Source: Octopus vulgaris
Taxonomy: Eukaryota
Assembly: GCA_951406725.2 (NCBI GenBank)
Contig: OX597816.1
Span: 91,512,001-91,576,000, forward strand
Length of the DNA stretch: 64,000 nucleotides
Direction: 5' to 3'
Positions 55,852-64,000 of the stretch are shown piece after piece. The position numbers and the translations under genes were made by a program. A model generated the notes under the pieces. That model worked only from the letters and a program-made list of their open reading frames with translations, was not told where the DNA came from and made no database searches. Position 1 is the stretch's first letter. Every line of letters starts with the position of its first letter.

Positions 55852-56829
55852 ATTACACTCGTTGAGTGCACTGGACTTCAATGTTCACTTGCTTTTTCTC
55901 CTGTCACCTGGCATTCAGAGTGCTTCAGCTGAAATACATGGTTACTTAACGACCTCTCGAAAATGTGCATGTATACGTGTCTGGTCCACGTGTGAGGTCT
56001 CTTAAGGGCGCTACTACTAACATAGAATCATGTACAACCCAATGCATGGTCCAATCGTCGGTGACCAAACTGGTTCCCCTACTAGGCTTCCATGGCGAGG
56101 AGGATTGCTAGAAATTCTGCTGGGCTAAAAATAGAAGGTAAAAGACCCCTTTCGGTCATGAATGACCATGGTATTGAACCTAGAAAGTAATCCTTCGAAG
56201 CACAAGTCCGGGTAAAGTAGTTTATGAAAAACCAGCAGTCGCCCATGCATACGAATCTCCCCTCTCCTCTCCACTGATGTTATCCAAGGGAAAGGCAAAG
56301 GCCGATACACCTTAGCACCAGTAACGTCGCAACTAATTTCGACAGCTGAGTGAACTTAAGCAACGTGAAATAAAGAGTCTTGCTCAAGAACACAATACAC
56401 AGCCTGGTCCAAAAATCGAAGTCGCTCTTATGATTGTGAACCCGACGCTCAAACCACTGAGTCATGCGCCTTCACAGGACTTAAAATAAGACTTGTCAAA
56501 AGGATGGTGGCACTAGTGTTTACTCAACGACTATCTAGCAACTGCACAGACTAAAAAATTCTCACATTCCTAAGCCTACAAACCATATTGGCACTGGCTT
56601 GTCTCTGGATCATGTCAGCAGGCTGAAGAGGGCCTGTGAGATATTGTGCAAGCCGTTTTAGACCTAAAATTTAAGATTCCACGGCGTTCATGGAAGCTGA
56701 GGAAGCGAACCTGGGGGAAGCTGGCTGTTGGTGCAGTAACCTCATACATGGGCATTGCTGACATTTTGCATGTGCAATGGTCAGTGATGATCTTCCTGGT
56801 TACGAGTGGACAGTCATCATCATAGATGA

Positions 56830-56990
<161 letters not shown>

Positions 56991-57277
56991 CATGAACCAA
57001 AGTATAAAGTGTTATAGAGTCATTTCAGCCGATCTTACCAATCGGTTTCTCACTGGATATTAAATAACTGGATATTAGATATTAGCAAGAGCATGGTTAA
57101 GTCACATCACATGTTTTTAAGCTGATTATCCCATTACACGTATGTTTGAAATTGAAACGTTGAACAACGAAAGCACTTATATACACAATACGAAAATTTC
57201 ATTCCAAAAGATTCGTGTCGTTCTGTTTTATAAAAGTTTTTTTTTTAAATAGTTAAACATTTTTAAGAAAATCTTAC

Positions 57278-57322
<45 letters not shown>

Positions 57323-57325
57323 TAT

Positions 57326-57625
57326 CTATCTATCTATACGCTGTCGAAGTCGACTCTTGGTTACTCGTTGGATCAGTGTCCTCCAGTCAGTTCTATCCTG
57401 GGCCGCTTCTTTCAGACTGGCTATGTCCATTCCGGTATCACTCTTGATGGTGTCAAGCCAGCGGGTTCTTGGTCGGCCTCTTCCTCTCTTGCCACTGACC
57501 ATTCCGAGCATGATGTCCTTCTCCAGGGATTTTCTCCGTATAGTATGACCGAAATATGCCAGTCTATGCTTGGTGATCCTAGCTTCTAGCGACATTTTCG
57601 GCCTGATCTGCTTAAGAACTTCTCC
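57326..57625 (-). mobile_element. RTE-clade LINE 3' end
   Basis: RLAYFGHTIRR..LEKDIMLG.VSGKRGRGRPRTRWLD.IK.D..AQDR..WR; short (ATAG)n tail. Confidence 0.9.
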
Positions 57626-57795
57626 ATTAGCAATACAAAATATAACCAAAAGACTTACGGAGATGTACTCACATAGCAAGTGATTTGATCTGAGATCGTG
57701 TGCTGGAACGAAAACAATTGCAGCGTGGAAGGTGTTTGTAAGCCATTTAAGAAACACACAAAAGCCGTTCGATTCACTTCAACATTTAAGTTTAA

Positions 57796-57845
57796 TTTGT
57801 CAAAATATTTTCGTCGCTAAAATCCGCGACGTGTTCACTGACAAA
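57796..57845 (-). ncRNA. variant hammerhead ribozyme with G3-C8 core
   Basis: Minus strand TTTGTCA-GTGAACA-c-GTCGC(ggatttta)GCGAC-GAAA-ATAT-TT-TGACAAA. Perfect stems I and II; palindromic stem III. Confidence 0.6.
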
Positions 57846-58067
57846 AATCCGTGCTGCATCTCAAAAGACTCCAACTACTCATTCAAATTGGCAAGCATTC
57901 TTCTTGTTCTTTTCGGTCAATTAGGATTGTTTACTGAAGTTGTATTAGAATGATTGGTGTCCTCGTTACCTGTTTCCAAAAAATGCGACGAGCCTGCAGA
58001 ATTGTTTGCCCGCCAGACAAAATGCTTAGCGGCATTTCGTCAGGCCTTTATAGTAGAAGTAGCAGTA

Positions 58068-58275
58068 CAGTAATCCTTCACTATATCGCAGTTCACCTAT
58101 CGCGCTCTCAGTACATCGCAGATTTTTTTCTGGCTAATATATGTAAATTTATATCGCGGACTCCTCGGTATATCGCGGGTTTCTACAGCGGATAAGTATT
58201 TATATTTTTCTAGATTTTAATTATTTCTGTGGGAGGTTTTGGAACGTAACACCCGCGATAGTCGAGGGATTAATG
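58068..58275. mobile_element. Tigger/pogo-like MITE
   Basis: TA-CAGTAATCCTTCACTATATCGC ... GCGATAGTCGAGGGATTAATG-TA; inserted after a SINE head. Confidence 0.75.
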
Positions 58276-58721
58276 TATTTGCTTAATCAAGAGAGTGGCA
58301 TATCCAAGGATTTACAGGTTTCTTGAGTTTCGGGATTTAGAGATCTAAGATAAACGATTTGTTGGAACTGTACACACCTACTTAATCGAATAAAGACGTT
58401 GCACTTTGATAGCATTCTATCATTAGCACCTTTCAGATTAATGGGCCACATCTGATAGATAACGGTTTTTCTCTTATTATTTATCATCCGGTCTTTCCAA
58501 TGTTGATCTACTTCTAAAGTTAAACATCACGTTTTGAGGTGAATGCGTCTTTGAGTTTCAAGAAGACAAATGATTTGATATTCATTAAAGTAAATGGGAA
58601 CTCTTCGTCACATTGCTCATCATCCATTTGCTTACATACGTCATAATTGGTTAGTTTTTTTTAATTATTTTATTGCAGTCATGAGCAAACTGCAATCCAC
58701 GGCACTTTCAGAATAGCTTTC

Positions 58722-59419
58722 GGATCTTTTCGGTTTGAACGGCAGTTTTTTCTAGCGGTGTCATATGAAATTGTCACCCATAATTATGACCCTAGTATCG
58801 ATCTATTGCATTTCAATCTGTTTTAGTGTTAGGGTTAGTTAGTGTTAGGGTTAGGGGGGGTATCTTTTTTTTCTTCACAAATGTAAATAAACCCAATCTG
58901 TTTCTTAAACGAGGGACATATTCCTATGGCACATAATGTTTTTTTTACCTCAATGGACGTCATTGATTGGTTGAAATTGCAGAAATTGAAGAAGAAAAAA
59001 AACCAAATATCTTACAAACTATAGAATTTTCTCAATAAAGCCAAGAGAAAAAGAAGTTTTATAAACACATTCTACCAGTATACGAAGTTTAAAATTTTTT
59101 AGTTACCTAGAAATTATGTTAAAAACTGCCGTTCAAACTGAAAAGATCCATTGTTTCCATACCAAATCATATTAAACGAGGGACATATTCATACTGCACA
59201 GAATGTTTTTTAACTCAATGGACGTCATCGATTGGTTGAAATTGCAGAAATTGAAAAAAAAAAAAAAAAACAGCAAATATCTTACAAACTATAGAATTTT
59301 CTCAATATAGCCAAGAGAAAAAGATGTTTTATAAACACATTCTACCAGTATACGAAGTTTAAAATTTTTTAGTTAACTAGAAATTATGTTAAAAACTGCC
59401 GTTCAAACCGAAAAGATCC
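58722..59419. mobile_element. composite MITE with GG..CC TIRs and 8-bp TSD (Merlin-like)
   Basis: TIRs GGATCTTTTCGGTTTGAACGGCAGTTTTT / AAAAACTGCCGTTCAAACCGAAAAGATCC. TAGCTTTC at 58714-58721 and 59420-59427. Extra internal right end at 59149. Confidence 0.85.
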
Positions 59420-61133
59420 TAGCTTTCAAATGGAAAACCAGTTATTTTATGAACGGAACTTGGAGCACCGAGCAAGGTGAATAATGATGAACAGCATTGA
59501 CTAATAACAAGTATATACTATACTATACTGTTCTATACTATACTATACTATACTATACTATACTATTCAAATTATGCAAGAGAAGCGCCTGTAGAGTAAA
59601 GTCTTTAACTATATAACATATGTTAGCTTTATAATATACTTTCAACAATGCACATACGTTGCATATGTTATATAAAGATAGTATAATATGATACAATATA
59701 TATTCATCTATCAGAAAGAAGTATATTTATTAACTGTGCAGACATACCTGTATTTCGTACTTAGCAGAATATGAGTCCATGCTAGGAAACAAACAAGGGC
59801 TTTATCCATGATCTTAACTACATGCAACAGATGTTTCTCATTTCAATCGTTGTACAACATTATTTTATCCAGATTTGAATCTATATATAACCAGAGTCAT
59901 AGATAATAAATAGGGTGAATTTCCCATCAAAAGTTATTCTTAATCTTTCACAGCTTAGATTCAAGACCACTCATTGGCACAAAAGAAGCCGTGAAAAGCC
60001 ACTCCGATAAATTCAATTTCAAATTAACATCCTAAACTTCCTCAGTCATCATTACTGTTAATTAGATCAAGCTATTTGTTCTGATTATGCGTTGCGTTAA
60101 ATTTATCACGCACAAGCATCCACACTAAGTGGTTATCTCGCCCTGGTATGTGGAATTCCACGGTGATGACTAAGATAACCAGTATCAGCCAAGAGAATAG
60201 CAACAGCGTTATATTTTCAGAGCTGAATACTCACAAGCTAAAAGCATGATCTACCTTGGTTTATGATGCCTTAATTCTAGAATAAAATAAACGATAAATT
60301 CTAGAATAAAATATATTCTTAGTGAATTACATAATTAATGTTGATTTTTGGAAACATGATCACATTTTCAAAAGGGAAAAGGTAGTTTGCGTGATGTTAA
60401 TACTTCTTTAGATAGTGGTAGTTACGAAAGTAGAATGGGTTAACTTTAATCAGAGATAGAAACAGATTGTTGGCAGTGAATTGGTAGAGTCGTCAATGCA
60501 TTAGACAGAATGCTCCGTGATATTTGCTCCGGTTCCCAGCACTCAGAGTTCAAATTCAACAATGTTCAACTCCGCCTTTCATCCTTTCAGAGTCAATAAA
60601 AAAAGTTTCAAGTCCGAGTAGTGGAATGACAGAAGTGCTTGGGCGTCGAACAAATACCTTGTGGTATTTGTAACGGCTCTTTGCGCTCTAATGACAATAC
60701 GTCACTGACACTGATGACAAAATGCATCAGCCTTTTCATGAAAGGCTTTCTTTAGGGCAACACAAGAGGAAAACTTGTATGCACGGGCAGCAGCTAGTCT
60801 TGCATAAAACCCCTTGCTAGGTCTGCACGCACGCATACACACACGCACACACACACACAAAACCATCAAGGGTAAAGAACAGAACATAATCAGCGATGGT
60901 ACTCCATGGTCTCTTTTCTCATGTTGTATCTCTCTCCTCATCTCCGACTCTCCTGCACTGTTTATTAATACCCGATGAAGGACTATTTCCGAAACGTTAT
61001 ACTTTTTGTAAATAAGTATTACTCCATTACTGTTTTCTTTCTTTGGGCGTCAATCTAATAATAGTAATTGTCAAAGTGCCATGGACTTCTGTTGGGTTTT
61101 GGTTTTTATTTGTATTTGCATTGTATGTGCGTA

Positions 61134-61227
<94 letters not shown>

Positions 61228-61571
61228 TGTGTGTGTGTGCGCGTGTATGAAAGTTTCTTTTCACCGCATCTGCATTGAAGCTCCGCTCCTCACTTATATG
61301 AGATACAAAAGGTTTCATTGTATTCCTCTTTCATCAAATGCAGACTTAACTCATTCACTTTTGAAATTCGCCCTCCGTTTTCTCATCGTAATTCAGAGAA
61401 GAGCGATTTCCTGAAACTCTTCTAAACAATTCGAATTCACATGAGGCTGAGGAAATGTGATATTTCAAAAGCAGGAAGTAGTTCCAGTTTTTAGACGACT
61501 TATTTTAATAGTCCCGTCTAAAAATCCCGGGACAAGGTATGAAGCAAAAATTTAACCCAATTACAAGAATT

Positions 61572-61611
<40 letters not shown>

Positions 61612-62451
61612 TGTGTGCGTGTGCGTGTGTGCATGTATGTATGTACTCACATACATATACACGATGCATTTCAGAAGTCTTCAGATTTTTTCTTTTTTTT
61701 ATTTCAAAGTAGGATATTCAGATTTCAACGCACTTGTTGTAACGCCTCAGTCTCTTCGTGAACAACCAATGGACGTCCTCTAAATGAATGTGTCCAGGAT
61801 CCATGCCACAGCCACCTTCATTTGCAAAACGACTTCCAGTGAGATTCTTCTTCAAGAAGTTAAGATTCTATCCACACATAGAATCAACAAATGTATGTGT
61901 GCGTACGTGCGTGCGCGTGTGAAGAGAGAGGGTGAGACAGAGAGAGATAGGATGAGAGAGAGAGAGACAGAGACAGAGAGAAATTTCAAGCATGAATAAA
62001 AGCAACGAAAGAACGAAGAAAATGAAGGAGCAAAATACTGATTGACTGTTGAGTAAGGGAAGTAACTCGAATATTTCCTCTATAAAACTTGGTAAACAAC
62101 GGTAAAGAAAAAAAAGACGAAAAATAAAGACTTCTGAACCAGAATTTTGCACGGTATAATTAGAAGTGTATTTGTAAATTAATTATTCAATAATGATTTG
62201 AGGATTAAAGGAATTAGTTATATGAAAATCAAAATACTTTTCATTTCACCGTAGATTTTTTTCTTTTTTTTTTTTTTACTAACTTTAAGAATTTTGATTC
62301 TCATTTACTGTCACCCGTTATAAATACAATCCTTTATGCCGGCAATCAACGTAAATCCACACACACACACACACCATAGACATACACACTTTCATATATC
62401 TATGTATGTATGTTTGTATGTGTGCATGAGTAAAATGTGTGTGTATGTATG

Positions 62452-62512
<61 letters not shown>

Positions 62513-64000
62513 GAATGTATCTGTGTAAGTCTATGCCTGCATAGTATTTTAATCAAAGAATTTCGACAATTTTTCGACGATGTACATACAATGAAAGTAT
62601 ACACACACCTACATCCATACACCCACGTCCACACCTACATACACTTAAGTGAACATAATTACGCGCGCACACAATGCTTGCTCTATCTTCTCTTTCTGTC
62701 TGTCTGTTTGTCTGTCTGTCCCCCTCTCTCTCTCTCTCTCACCAAGACTCCATATCAACAATGTTTTCCTTTTTCTTTAAAGCAGTCTACTCCGCAATTG
62801 ACTGTTAACAGTCTTGGTCTGTAAGTCGTTTATACTGCTCTCAGTATCAAGTTTCTACTGTAAAAATAGTTACAGCTAATGGATGTATACGATAAACACT
62901 TTACACTACATGCTACTAATGGTTATAACTGTGCTGTGTTTTTTCATCTTACCAGCGTGTAGCCAAATTACACGGATTAAAATAAATCTGTCTTCCCTAT
63001 ATACAAATAGATGACTAACTAAACTTAATCGCTATGAGACAACCATTACTATCTCGCGACTGCGCGAAGAGACACAGATTTTCGGTCAAACGTCAAACAT
63101 CTGTCGGTACAGAATTGCTCTTGATACAATTTGCTGCTAGTCTGTCCTAGATATTACCGGAAAAGCTTTCAAGCCTTCTCTTGTTTTATGCTTGTCGAAC
63201 ATGGCAACAAACGATTACCAAGGAATTTCATTCCGCAAAAGCAGTCATAAATGTATGATTTCAATTCTAAAATAATCAATTATTCAAATTAAATGCTGTA
63301 GAAATTTTGTCCTTTGTGAAACTTTATTCTTTATGTATAAAGCATTAGGTGAAAATAATGCCTTTTTTCCGTAAGTCTGCAGTTCCCAACGATCACGATA
63401 GTCGGAGAAGTCCTTCATTCAGTACTAACTTTTCCTAATTCACTTGTTAGTTTCAAGTATTCTGTGTGTACGCACACGCGCACGTGCACGTGCATGTGAA
63501 GTACGTCCATGATTATCCTTTCCTTTCACGAATGTAACTCCATCTTCAACTACTATCGTGTTTTTTTTTATATAGAGAGAGAGAGCTTTTAAGCACCACA
63601 CACACACATGCGTACAGACGCACACACATTATATATAACAGAAGTATTAGATTAAACTGGCTATTTGTCTATCATACTTAATGTATATCCATCGCAAAAA
63701 TGCAAATATACTGTTGTTTTCCGAAGATGATATATTTTATGGACGTTCTGTGTTTAAAAACACAAATATATCAGTAACTGACGAAAATCGTCTACTAGCA
63801 GCTACGAGAATGCTAGATGCATAATTCAACCTCGTCGGGTTTTGTCAGTAGCATGTACTCTGTCAATCGTCTGCTAAAACAAAATTTATCGCTACAGGTA
63901 TAAGAAAACAGTAATTGAACAATAAACAGAGTTGCAGGTGGCCGCCCGGCTGAATAAAGTATGATATACAGATGGCTATTTTAACCTAATACTGCTTCTT

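Noticed and set aside
58823-58856. Interstitial telomere or chromosome-fusion scar
   Set aside because: Only a few degenerate units, and they lie inside a MITE.

Overview
AT-rich, microsatellite-dense animal genomic DNA. The SINE, LINE and MITE families look like those of octopus/cephalopods; that assignment is inference from recognising repeats. The only clear host gene is a spliced Wnt8 on the + strand, with five coding exons located (21605-21665, 26206-26338, 34440-34565, 35749-35891, 36807-37304). Its last intron must use a GC donor, and the signal-peptide exon was not located with confidence. Everything else identifiable is mobile DNA: a stack of R4/Dong-type REL LINEs in (TAA)n arrays; CR1, Tx1, CRE and RTE fragments; hAT, Chapaev-3, Tc1 and mariner relics; several MITEs; a non-autonomous Helitron; and tRNA-derived SINEs. 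There are two Penelope-like elements. One is Naiad-type, with a ~255-bp inverted pLTR carrying hammerhead ribozymes. About ten hammerhead-like motifs from several families occur across the window, including one with a compensatory G3-C8 core swap and one apparently nested in a short predicted intron. Most ORF-track entries are microsatellite or antisense artefacts.
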